A DNA stretch of 64,000 nucleotides from Xylographa opegraphella. Taxonomy: Eukaryota. Below are positions 12,703 to 24,040 of this stretch, one piece after another (positions within the stretch are counted from its first letter, which is position 1; the number at the start of each line of letters is the position of its first letter). Both the position numbers and the translations under genes were made by a program. The stretch lies in NCBI GenBank assembly GCA_022813865.1, contig JALDZX010000019.1, positions 186,001 through 250,000 on the forward strand. The letters run 5' to 3'. A model generated the notes under the pieces. The model was not told the origin of the DNA. It did no database searches and saw nothing but the letters and a program-made list of their open reading frames with translations.

Positions 12703-13686
12703 ATGTCGACGTTCGAGCCCGTCGTAAGTCATAACTGCATTGATGTCGCGCGTATCTCAACTTTTAGGATAACCGAAGAGCATTATCACAGAGGACAGGA
12801 TTCACAGACTGACCTTGCATACAATTTAGGTCGTTATCGATGGCAAGGGACATCTCCTGGGTCGCTTGGCTAGCACTGTAGCTAAGCAGCTGCTCAACGG
12901 TCAGAAGATTGTTGTGGTCCGCTGTGAAGCGCTCAACATTTCGGGCGAATTCTTTCGTGCAAAGCGTAAGTCAACCGTCCGCAAGCGAGGGTACTGGAAT
13001 ATACAGTGATGGTCCTTGGACAAGATGTTGCGGAAGGTTATTGCTGAGGCTACGAAAGCTGATAATTCATGTGTCTACAGTAAAGTACCATGCATACCTT
13101 CGAAAAATGACCCGTTACAACCCAACGCGTGGTGGTACGTATCTCTTCCTAAGCTCTTACCACGTAACCTATTCGCGAGACTTTTTACTGACGTAAACTG
13201 ATAGGCCCATTTCATTTCCGTGCCCCATCCCGTATTTTCTACAAGACTGTCCGTGGCATGATACCTCACAAGACTGCTCGAGGAGCTGCGGCAATGGAGC
13301 GCCTCAAGGTCTTCGAAGGTGTCCCCCCACCATACGACAAGAAGAAGAGGATGGTGGTACCGCAAGCGCTGCGTGTTCTACGACTGAAGCCAGGAAGGAA
13401 GTACTGCACCGTCGGGCGATTAAGCCATGAAGTAGGATGGAAGTACAAGGACGTTGTGGAGAGGTATGGATTGCGATTCGAATTCCTCCGCGTTGTCCGA
13501 TTGTGCAATATATCTTTTCAGACGGCAAAGCTAACAGGACGTTGCAGGTTGGAGGAGCGGAGAAAGGTCAAAGGAGCGGCATATTATGAGCGCAAGAAGG
13601 CGATTCGAAGGCAGCTGTCCGAGGCGCAGAAGAATGCCAAGGTTGACGACAAGACGAAGCAGCAACTTGCAGATTATGGCTATTAG
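12703..13686 (+). CDS. RPL16: 60S ribosomal protein L16 (uL13), multi-exon
   Basis: [116 protein letters not shown]. Confidence 0.97.
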
Positions 13687-14191
13687 GGTTGTTGAAACTG
13701 CACCATTTTCAGGTCTCACTGGAAAGTTTGCAATGCAGCGGATAAGTTCGCCTCCACACGGGAGGTCTGGACTGGAACTATGAATTCCCACACTGAGCAC
13801 GAGTGTCACAAATAAGCATAAACTTCCTCACGAGCTTGTGTGTGGTTAATGATAAGTACTTCTGCGTTCGTGGGCGCACATTTCCATATATTTTAAAGCT
13901 GCCGTCGACGGTGAAAGCTAAGGGACTCGATACTCTTCAAAGTGACAAGTGATTGGCCGAGACAAAATTCCACGAGCAGTCATCATCCATCTAAGCCTCA
14001 AGTAAGGTAGTTTAAGGTTGGGGCTTAGGGCATGTTCGGCAAAGGCGAGCGAAGCACGTTTCCCCGCATTATGTATCCAGTGGACCCTGGTCCTTCCGCA
14101 GCTCTTGTACACCTGCATTACACAGATCCATCTATTCGAGAGGTGATCTTGGATACTATGTGAAGTTCTGCACGACGTGTTAACTGTGGTA

Positions 14192-16152
14192 ATGTCGGGA
14201 GCGTACAGTCGTTTATCCAAACTTGCATCCCACTTTCTACCCTCTACACCCCAGTCAAATGACAATTTTGCGCATCGGCACAATGTCCATGCTCTCTCGC
14301 CCACACTTTTCTTGCCTCGAGCAGCTTCAATAGAACCTGACGTACAGGTGTTTGTCCTTGAGAATGAAGCGCATTGCGCTGATCTTCACATTAGGCTGAA
14401 GCCATCTACCATGTCACTGCAAACAACAAAATTCTTAGGCGCTCATATCAAGAAGCTGCAGATCGAGCCCGAGGCCTTGCATACTACTTGAAAAGGTACG
14501 GCTACAAGAAAGTAGGGATTCTATGTCCCAATACCCCTGCATTTCTTGAAGCTATTTATGGAATCGCTGCTGCCGGGGCAGTCAATGTGGGTATGGTCAA
14601 GCCACAAGCTTTGTGTCGACGCGTCGCTGATGCAGGATGTTCAAGCTGTCAATTATCGTCTGAAGACAGATGACATCGCATACATATTCGATCATGCTGA
14701 CACTGAAGTCATTATCGTGGATGCTGAGTTTGTCTCACTGTTAGATGGCTATCGCAAATTACATCCAGGGATTCCTTTGATTGTAGATGCCGATACGGAC
14801 GTTGGAGAGGGCGAGTTGAGTGGCCAGTTTGATGAAGCCATTCTCGACGGTTTGAAGTATGATCAGCAATCAGGGGGACTGGGCTGGGATGGTTTAGAAG
14901 TCCAAGTCAAAAATGAGGAAGACACTATTGCCCTGCCGTATACAAGCGGTACCACGGCAAGACCGAAAGGTGTCGAGTTCACACACAGAGGCAGCTACCT
15001 AGCAGCGGTTGGGAACGTTATAGAGTCTGGGCTCAATTATCACATTGGGAGATGTCGTTATTTATGGATTCTTCCTATGTTCCACGCGATGGGCTGGGTA
15101 AGAGTGTTTTGTGTCCAGTATTGTCTAAGCGAGAGTACTGATGTCAATGCTTACAGACTTTCCCGTGGGCAGTGACTGCTGTTCGAGGCACCCACTACTG
15201 TCTGCGTAAGATCGACTATCCCCAGATCTGGCAATTGCTCAAGGAAGAGCACATTACTCACTACAACGCCGCCCCTACGGTGAACACGCTTCTATGTGCT
15301 GCAAAGGAAGCTGAGCGTCTGCCTCACCCAGTTAGAGTCACAGTAGCTGCTAGTCCCCCAACTGCGCATCTCTTTGAACAGATGACGAAGCTGAACTTGC
15401 ATCCTGTACACGTCTATGGCTTGACAGAGACTTACGGACCTATCACAAAGGGCTATCACATGCCGGCATGGGAAAACATACCTAAATCCGAAAAATACCA
15501 GAAGATGGCTCGTCAAGGGCATGGATTCGTAACCAGCTTACCGGTCCGAGTCGTGAAGACCGATGTACCTGAAGGAACCATCGTTGACGTTGTTAAGGAT
15601 GGCAAGGAAATTGGGGAGATCGTGTGCCTAGGCAACATATGTGCCAAGGGTTACTACAAGGACCCAGAAGCTACACGAAAGCTGTTCGCGGGCGGTGTTC
15701 TGCACACGGGCGATCTTGCAGTATGGCATCCGGATGGAGCAGCTCAGATCCTGGATCGAGCAAAGGATATCATCATCAGCGGTATGCCAGGATGATATGA
15801 TATGTTTGGATTCACAGTGCTGACGGAGGAACTAGGAGGAGAAAACATATCGTCGGTGGCTCTGGAGTCCATGCTAGCCACCCACCCTGATATCCTGGAG
15901 GCCGCAGTCGTGGCCATTGCCGATTCGCATTGGGGCGAGCGGCCCAAAGCCTTCGTCACCGTGCAATTCGGTAAAGAGCTCAAAGGGGAAGACGTGATCG
16001 AATGGGCGAAACACAAGAGTGGGATTAGCAGATTCATGGTTCCACGCGAGGTTGAAGTGGTGGCGGAATTACCCAAGACATCGACGGGGAAGCTGAAGAA
16101 AAACGTATTGCGGCAATGGGCCAAGGGGGCTGACAGAACGGAAGTTACGTGA
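14192..16152 (+). CDS. AMP-dependent acyl-CoA synthetase (medium-chain/AAE-type), multi-exon, N-terminal PTS2-like signal
   Basis: AMP-binding motifs YTSGTTARPKGV, YGLTETYG, LHTGDLA, DRAKDIIISGGENISS and LPKTSTGKLKK. Confidence 0.92.
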
Positions 16153-16985
16153 TTGACAGAGCGAATTAATCCATATGTATATATACGTGATTTCCTACTA
16201 TTGTGAATTTGTTGTGAATTGCCTCGCCATTTGGACATGTAGTAGTGCTCCGACTGTAAGCATACATGCCAGGACTCTAGTGTGACGTGCCGATTCAAAC
16301 GGGATCGACGGGAGGCTTATGTGCTAGCTTCGTACACGCTGCCTCGCCGCGTACCGTACCGGGCTTACCCAAAATAGGTGCTTGGCGGACTGCTGCCTTT
16401 CGGCCCTGGATCAATATTACTTCGGCTCACCTCATTTTTTTGGCATCGACAGCACTGCCCAATTATATCCCTGCACCTGCATCTCCACAGGTCGGACAGC
16501 GACAAGCACGCATCACTTCACGAAGCCGTGTCGCTCCCCTCCTACAGTCTACACACTGTTCCCTAGGACCTTTTTATCAGGTTGGAATTCCAACGTGGAG
16601 TGCACTTCATTCGGTGTTGATTCAGCACGGCTGAGGGAAACACAAAGCCCGCTGCCGGCGCTTACCAATTCTACAAACACTCTGGCTCCTCAGACACTAC
16701 GATTCATCGATCACTCACAAGGGACACCGCTGCGGACCTCAAGGAGCTATACCGACTGTTCCTGCCGCCGATCGTCTTGTCGGCCTCTGAGAACGAGCTA
16801 CATCAGGCCCCTCTCCGGTATCAACTCCACCAACACCGCTCCAAGGCTGCAGGAGGCTTCTTCTGGACACCCGGATTGTGAGAGTCCGAGACGAAGACCT
16901 TGTATGCTGAGTGTTCTTCCTTTAAATGTTCCCATTCTGCATCCTAATTCCTTAGCCTTTCCATAAAAACTACTCTCTCATCATC

Positions 16986-18980
16986 ATGGAACAACCGAAC
17001 CCCATCTCCGAACCCGGTGCCGACGACTCTGCATCCTCGTCAACCCCGAGCACACCAGGGCAGATTCTCGATGATGAACCGGATTTTGCTCTAGCTCACA
17101 ACAATGATTCGCAGTCATCTTTTGGGGCTTCCTCTTCAAGAGAGCAAAGTGTTCAACCTCCTCCCGTACGGTCACGGCCTAAATATCCTATCGAGCGTCT
17201 TCCCCCCGAACTTCTCATCTACATAATCTCGAAGCTGAGTTCGCCGGGTGACATATTGAGGTGTCTGAAGGTGTCAAAGGCATGGTCAGATTGCTGTGTA
17301 GAACTCTTGTGGCATCGGCCTCTTTTCACCACGTGGGAGCGGCTCGTCAACGTGGTCAACTCTATTCAAGATACAAATGCCCATTGGCGATATGCCGACC
17401 TCATCAAACGACTGAACCTTTCCAACCTAAGTGATCAGATCAACGATGGCACACTTCAGCCGTTCGTCAACTGCAGAAGAATCGAAAGATTGACCCTCAC
17501 AAGTTGCAGCAGCCTGACAGATTCGGGTATCATAGGACTGGTACGGGGCAACAAGCAACTCTTAGCACTAGACATCACTGGACTGCATTCCATAACGGAC
17601 CTTACTGTAACGGCTCTAGCACACAACTGCCCACGTCTACAAGGCCTCAATATTACGAATTGCCGGAAGGTGACTGATGCGTCGTTGGTGACGTTAGCAG
17701 AAAATTGCAAATATCTCAAGAGGGTAAGTCCGATAGCCGATGGAGCAGCTATGATACTGATCGGTTGTAGCTCAAGCTCAACAAGTGTACTATGGTCACT
17801 GATGAGTCGATCGAAGCCTTTGCGCGACGATGTCCATCGATGCTAGAAATTGATCTGCAGGATTGTAGATTCATTACCGACCATTCCGTTACCTCTCTGA
17901 TGCTCGGTGGGCGTCAACTTCGTGAGCTGCGCCTAGCTTCATGCTCTAATATCACCGACGACGCCTTCCTTCAACTGCCGTCCCACCTCCGATATGACAG
18001 TCTCCGTATCCTGGACTTGACGGCTTGCCATCAATTAACGGATTCAGCTGTAGAGCGAATTATCGAAGGCGCTCCTCGTCTCCGGATTCTCGTCCTTGCC
18101 AAATGTGTTGAGATCACCGATCGGTCGGTCATGGCTATCAGTAAGCTAGGGAAAAACCTACACGACATCCATCTAGGTCGATGTCAGCAGATCAGTGATG
18201 ACGCGCTCAAGGAGCTTGTCAAAGCCTGTAATCGCATACGCTACATCGATTTGGCAGGCTGTCATCGGGTGACAGATGCCGCAGTCGAAAAGCTTGCGCA
18301 ATTACCGAAGCTACGGAGAATAGGCCTTGTCAAGTGTCAGGCCATCACCGATGATAGCATTAATGCCTTGGCTGGAATACGAAGGGGGGAGCGCAGTAGA
18401 AACAATATTGCGACGAACTTGGAGAGGGTACATTTAAGTTACTGTGTGCGCATCACGTTGGGGGTAACTATCATGTTATATCAAATCTCGAAGCCTCGTC
18501 GGAACTGACATGTCTTTAGGGCATAAAAGCTTTGCTGAATCACTGCCCGAAACTCACGCACCTCAGCCTCACAGGAATCCAAGCATTCTTTTTACGGGAC
18601 GATCTCATCCAGTTCTGCCGAGAAGCTCCAGCTGGTACGCTGTGCTCTATTTCCTTGCAACATCGATGTGTACAGACTTCACTAGTCTTTCTCAGCACAT
18701 CATCATTATTCTTCTTGGTTCATTAATTCTATACTAACTTTGTGCTCCAGAATTTAACGAGGAGCAACGGACCGTGTTCTGCGTCTTTTCCGGCGACGGC
18801 GTGAGCAAGTTGCGTAAATACCTAAATGAAGACCACATCGACAGCGAAATCACCATGTACGAGGAAGGGGACTTGCTAGGTGATGACGGGGATGCCGACG
18901 GGATATTGGGCCTGATGCAGTCCACCGGTTTGGACGCAGAAGACGGGGACGGGGACGACTTCGACGTCGATATGCAGTGA
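16986..18980 (+). CDS. GRR1: SCF ubiquitin ligase F-box/LRR substrate adaptor Grr1 (GrrA), multi-exon
   Basis: F-box PIERLPPELLIYII..LLWHRP, then about 12 Cys-containing LRRs. C-terminal LTHLSLTGIQAF and EFNEEQRTVFCVFSGDGVSKLRKYL. Confidence 0.93.
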
Positions 18981-19922
18981 TGGCCAGCAGATGAACGGGT
19001 TATGTGCTGTATTACTATGGGAACATCACGATGGGCTGCATTCTTGCAGGGAAAGACAGCGTTCCCATATGATGCTTCGACCTGTCGCCAACAGATGGCA
19101 TGGTTCTTAACGAAGATTAGCTTACGGTCTATATCTAGATGTGGAATGAAAGAATATATGTCTGGCTATTGCATCGAGAGGAGTGGTCAGCATGAGGATG
19201 AGGACGTGGAGGCTCTGCGGAGCTCTATTGATTGATTGCTTGTTGTCAAGTCCAGATCTAAACGGCCATGTAGGCGATATCCCAACCGCTCACTACCCAA
19301 GTGGCGACTTACCCACACGGTAGATACCATCCCCTCTCTTCCGCTCGTGTCACCTCGGCTCCTCGTGCAATTTCATGTTACAATATAGATAGACATGATG
19401 CGGGTATAGATATAATATAAAACATAACCAGTATGAATTCAAAAGCCACCTTCCACTCGCTAACGAGTTTTGATAAAGAGAAAAGAGTGAATCCCCGCCC
19501 AAGTACCCGCAAGACCGCAACGCTCATCCCCGGGAAAGAAAACCGAAATCCAACCTACGTTTCACAGCACCGTAATAAATTTTCCAAAGTCAAGAAACCC
19601 ATCTCACTGAACCTGAAAAAAATAATCCCCCGACTTCGTCGATAATGTCCCGGGGAGCTTGGGAACCCTCCATATCCCCCCGTACGGCAACAGACCCCTC
19701 AACTGCTTTCCCTTCCCCTTTTCCCCCACCACACCACCCTCCCTCTCGCCATCCTCTCCACATCAGTCAGCCATGCAGCCCAACCCCACCGCAGTGCAGC
19801 AAAACCACCCCTTTAAATAAAATATCCCGTCGCGGTTCCGCAGAAGGCCGCATATGGTGCGTACCTTACCCCTTCAAATAGGTTGCAGGTAGGTGACCAT
19901 CGAGACGGACTAATAATATAGC

Positions 19923-20240
19923 TTAAATGCCCATTACCTTATTTTCCTTCTCCAAGCTTCTTAACTTCTCTTTTTTGGCAGTTTTCGGCGAAACGAGACG
20001 TGATCTCGTACGGAGCTTATCGTCTAAGGCCCATCCAGGCCTTTCCAAAACACTGATCATCCCTTTGTAGTCACTGGGTCCTAGTTCGCACGGTGTCCCG
20101 CTTAGGAACCAGTGATACGCAGTGGCATACTTAGTCATAAGTTGCATCGCCTTTGTGTTCTCATTTTTTTCATTGTGGAACTCGTCTTCGATTATTCTGC
20201 CTATGGTGATACATTGTAGGAACGTTCGGATCGTAACCAA
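19923..20240 (-). pseudogene. Fragment of a SNF2-like (SF2) helicase/ATPase
   Basis: GRIIEDEFHNEKNENT (Walker B, DExH..KN..T), followed at the expected spacing by WFLSGTP (motif III) and D-x-x-G-x-x-x-x-L. No ATG start and no other helicase motifs in frame. Confidence 0.55.
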
Positions 20241-21235
20241 GCGAACTTGGCCTGGTTTATATATAGAGTCGATTTATTAGTAAAACCCCGGTGCAAGTAG
20301 CCTGGCTTCAGGACCTTGAGTCCTGCGTTGTTAGCTCTTGGGGGGGTAAGTGCTGTATATCCGATGCTTAGGTAGGGATGTGGCGCAGTCGATTCTCCAG
20401 GTCCACGGCCTATAACCAAAAAAATCCCATAAAAAATACAAATTACACAACGGTTTGTAGTAGGAGTAATAGGTGTCTTAATCAACGATGTCGTAAACAA
20501 GTTCTTCGTATCGCCATCATTCGGCTTTCCGAGGTAAGGGATGACCGGTCTCGACTAAGAGTTTTGATTTCTTCTTTGAAGGAATTCAGCTGTGAGCACG
20601 ACGCCAACCAAGCATTGATCAACGAAAGACAGAGCGTATATCCACCACACATCAAGCAGGCAAGCAACCTACCACCCCCCAAAAATCCCCACAATGATGA
20701 CAAAACCACAAAACAAGAAACCATTCGATCCCTCCCCCATCCGCCAAAAAAGCGTCTACACACCACGAACTACCAACGAGGCCCGTTCCGGCTGAGAGAG
20801 CGGCGGGGTCCGGAAAGCTCTCCGTTAGGGGAGGGAATGGACGCTCTTGCGAGTGGAAAGAAGGAGTGTGACGTCTAGTAAATAGACTACCTTAGTGTAA
20901 TGTAAGGCGGTTTAGGGGGATGGTAGGGGGGAGGAGGTGAGGTAGGCTTCATATATATAGAGAGAGAGAGAAGATTGTCGATTTTAGAGAATGAACCCTT
21001 TGCTCACTGGGACGGCGGATCGTTGCATGTATAGCACAGTCATGAAGGATAGAGGACGACAGCAAGAATTAAGTTGTGCAAGTGCGAGTCTCGCATCTAT
21101 GATATACTAACGAGTAGGAAGAAGAAAAAAGAAAGAAGAAAAAAAGAAAAAAGAAAAAAACAAAACGTGCCCATCTAAAACGCCATTCAACACAACAGTC
21201 CATATGCTTCGGCCGTTGCCCCGACGGCCGAGGGC

Positions 21236-24040
21236 TCAGAAGCCCTCGAACACCGTCGGGTACAACATCTCACCCGGCCCCATCGCCTCCGTCACCACTC
21301 CGTCTCCGGTCCCCTTCTGCAACGGGGTGACCCCGTCCGGCATGTAAGCAATTTCTTGCTTTTCGTCCCCTTCCTTCTCCGCCTCCTGGTGCGGGAGCCT
21401 GGTCCTCATCCCAGGCAACCCGATCTCGAACTCCGGCTCGGAGTATCGTGGCCGCGCTGCATTGCCGGCGCGGGTGAGCGAGATGGCAGGACTGCCATCG
21501 ACACGTCCGGTAGCGGGCGTGGCTGGAGTGAGGAGCACTGTGCCGGTGCCGGTGAAGGTGCTGCCGAAACGCGTAGACGGCGCCGTGGACTCGGTCGGAG
21601 CATCAGTGCTAGCGGTAGCAGGAGCCTGATCTATCTCCTTGGCACGATAGATCAGGCTCCTGTCGTCAACTGTGATATTGACTCGGTGGTCAATGGTTGG
21701 TACCTTAGCATCCTTCTTGGCTTTGATGATTCCTTGGATGGTCTTGGTGAGTTCTTTGCGGTCCCTATTGTGGATCGCAAGCTGGGTCCCAATCGGGAGC
21801 CCTGGCACAGGCTGGTCGGAGAAGGCGGGTGGGTTGATCCCAAGGAAACTTCTCATCTCCATCTGGAATTCCTCTGTGGTGATGTTTCCAGGGATATGCG
21901 AATCGTCAACGCGAATGCTCTCAATCTCTTCTAGCTTAGAGAGGTTTTGTGGTCTGCCGAAGAACATATCGCTGATACTGCAGTACCATTCATCCTCGCC
22001 GTCGAGATCAGGAAGCTCTTGGAAAGCCTTGCGATAGTAGTCATCCACGCCTTTAAGACTCTTCTTAAGAGGGGGCACGTCGTTATCAAACTTGGGAGTG
22101 CCCACGTAGATGTCGTTGATGACCGCGTTCTTGGCATGGCGATAGAAGTCGTCGAGGACAATGTCTCTCGCTGGGAGTAAGCAATGGTAGTCATCGAAGT
22201 GCTCCTCTATAGCTCGATGTTCTGTCAACCATAGAGGCACGGCCTGCTGGTTCCCAAGAGCGGCGGCAAAGTTATATAACTCAACCTCTGCGGGCTGTCG
22301 AGGCTTTTGTTCCGGGCGTTTGCTGACGTACGGCCTGGTCTTTGGTTTTCCATGCACAATCGCTTGTTGATCTTTCAAATCCGTATCGACCATCTTCCCT
22401 TTCCCTTTTACATCGATCGTCTTACGAGACTTGACACTGAGGATGTTTCCTGTCCCACCGGCATCGAATTTTCTGTCTTCTACTGGCTCATCGGCCAGCT
22501 TCCCTTTTCCTTTCACGTCAATGTTCATGTCGACCATCTTTCCTTTACCCTTCACGTCAACCTTCTCGTCACTCGTCCTCAGGATAAGCATGTCATCGAT
22601 CTCACACGGCTCAAACTTCAGCTCTTCCGCTTTCTCATTAACCATCGCCGAGTTTGCCTTCGTGTCAACTTTCTGATTTTCTATGTTGAGGTCGACCAGA
22701 TCTCCTTCGCATCTGAGGTCGATTAGATCTTCTTCGCATCTGAGGTCGATCAGAATTCCTTCCCCGTTCAGGTCGATCAGATCCTTCTCCCCTTTCAGAT
22801 TGACCATGTACTCATCCATGTACTCATTCCCGTTTAGGGCGATTGGATTCTGTTCCTCTGTTTCAACACGCATCTTGCCCTTTCCCTTCTTCTTAGAAGC
22901 AGACTTCCTCTTCTTCTTACTCTTGGTGGAAGGTTGGACGACTTTCTCCTCCACAATCGGTGCAGTCTCCGGTTCCAACACTGACAAGGCAACCTCATTC
23001 TGCTTCGTGGACGATGCAACCTCATTCTGCTTGAAGGGCGATGCAGCCTCATTCTGGTTCGACGACGATGCAGCCTCATTCTGGTTCGACGACGATGCAG
23101 TCTCATTCTGCTTCGAGGAAGATGCAATCTCGGTCAACGCATCATGATACCCACGGCAGGTCATACCAAACTCTTCTTCTGCTGAAGAGTCTTTGACAGG
23201 AGAATTGAAGAACGCGTCGTAAGGATTGGAGTTTATGATGGTCTTCGTTGGAACAGGAGAATGGATGACATTCGTAGGTACTGCGTTGAGCTTGTCCTTG
23301 CTGGTAGGGGAAATAAGCGTCTTGGTAGCTTTCCATGCTTTGTGAAGGTCTCCCAACTGCAGATTGAGGTGACTCGGGTCGCGTTTGAGCATGAACTTCT
23401 TGATCCGACCGACAGGGTTTTGCTTCTCCGGTGCAGTAGTGCTAGCTCCAGTGTTCTCAGGGGTGGTAAGGAGTGCATTACCTCCCATCTCAGAGGTGAT
23501 TCGTGCTGCGTTCTCAAGACTCACTTCCAGGTCGACCTCAATAGATTCGGTTTTCATCTTGTCGAAAATTTCCAAACACTTACTAAAAGCGGTCACGCTC
23601 TTCTCGAATAAGCCAAGCTTGAAATATGAGTTTCCTAAGCTGAACCAAGCAAGAGCAGAGTTTTCGTTGGACTTGACACACAAACTGAACGATTCGCAGG
23701 CGACGGCTTCTTGGTCTCTGAGGCTTTGGATCTGTCCGAGGTTGAACCACAGAACTGAGATGAATTTCTGGATTTCAGGAGTGAGAGGATTTTCTGGGTG
23801 TTGGGGAGGTACTAGCAATCGGAGATCGCGTAAAATCTGGCGATGTTTCTTCGTGCTGAGCTTAAGATCGTTCTCGAAGTAGAGATCCACTGCATAAGTC
23901 CATTGCTGGAGCAACTTTTTGGGATCGAAATCTGTAGTGTTAGACGCGACTGAGATGAGAGTTTCAGGAAATGTAAGGTCAGGATCGTGCTCAAAGCGAA
24001 CGACCTTGGCTTGCTCCGACGAGGCCTTAGGGCACGCCAT
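21236..24040 (-). CDS. Single-exon protein with N-terminal TPR region resembling NoxR/p67phox and a long repeat-rich disordered tail
   Basis: Uninterrupted ORF from ATG 24040 (MACPKAS). TPR helices LWFNLGQIQSLRDQEAVACESFSLCVKSNENSALAWFSLGNSYFKLGLFEKSVTAFSKCL. Confidence 0.75.
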   Translation of the reverse strand: MACPKASSEQAKVVRFEHDPDLTFPETLISVASNTTDFDPKKLLQQWTYAVDLYFENDLKLSTKKHRQILRDLRLLVPPQHPENPLTPEIQKFISVLWFNLGQIQSLRDQEAVACESFSLCVKSNENSALAWFSLGNSYFKLGLFEKSVTAFSKCLEIFDKMKTESIEVDLEVSLENAARITSEMGGNALLTTPENTGASTTAPEKQNPVGRIKKFMLKRDPSHLNLQLGDLHKAWKATKTLISPTSKDKLNAVPTNVIHSPVPTKTIINSNPYDAFFNSPVKDSSAEEEFGMTCRGYHDALTEIASSSKQNETASSSNQNEAASSSNQNEAASPFKQNEVASSTKQNEVALSVLEPETAPIVEEKVVQPSTKSKKKRKSASKKKGKGKMRVETEEQNPIALNGNEYMDEYMVNLKGEKDLIDLNGEGILIDLRCEEDLIDLRCEGDLVDLNIENQKVDTKANSAMVNEKAEELKFEPCEIDDMLILRTSDEKVDVKGKGKMVDMNIDVKGKGKLADEPVEDRKFDAGGTGNILSVKSRKTIDVKGKGKMVDTDLKDQQAIVHGKPKTRPYVSKRPEQKPRQPAEVELYNFAAALGNQQAVPLWLTEHRAIEEHFDDYHCLLPARDIVLDDFYRHAKNAVINDIYVGTPKFDNDVPPLKKSLKGVDDYYRKAFQELPDLDGEDEWYCSISDMFFGRPQNLSKLEEIESIRVDDSHIPGNITTEEFQMEMRSFLGINPPAFSDQPVPGLPIGTQLAIHNRDRKELTKTIQGIIKAKKDAKVPTIDHRVNITVDDRSLIYRAKEIDQAPATASTDAPTESTAPSTRFGSTFTGTGTVLLTPATPATGRVDGSPAISLTRAGNAARPRYSEPEFEIGLPGMRTRLPHQEAEKEGDEKQEIAYMPDGVTPLQKGTGDGVVTEAMGPGEMLYPTVFEGF
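22688..22812 (-). repeat. Coding 27-bp tandem repeat (about 4.5 units) encoding [DI]L[IV]DLxxEx
   Basis: Plus-strand units gaggtcgaccagatctccttcgcatct / gaggtcgattagatcttcttcgcatct / gaggtcgatcagaattccttccccgtt / caggtcgatcagatccttctccccttt. Confidence 0.85.
22989..23131 (-). repeat. Coding 27-bp tandem repeat (about 5 units) encoding ASSS[KN]QNE[TAV]
   Basis: Plus-strand unit gcctcattctggttcgacgacgatgca and variants. Protein reads ASSSKQNET ASSSNQNEA ASSSNQNEA ASPFKQNEV ASSTKQNEV. Confidence 0.9.

Noticed and set aside
12724..13080. Intronic box C/D snoRNAs in RPL16 introns 1-2 (vertebrate RPL13A hosts snoRNAs)
   Set aside because: Only imperfect box C matches (TTGATGT, GTGATGG), and the CTGA hits mostly coincide with likely branch sites. 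No rRNA guide recognised.
16382..16966. 194-aa ORF upstream of GRR1
   Set aside because: Non-ATG start, no domain, and it overlaps a likely 5' UTR intron (~16902-16955).
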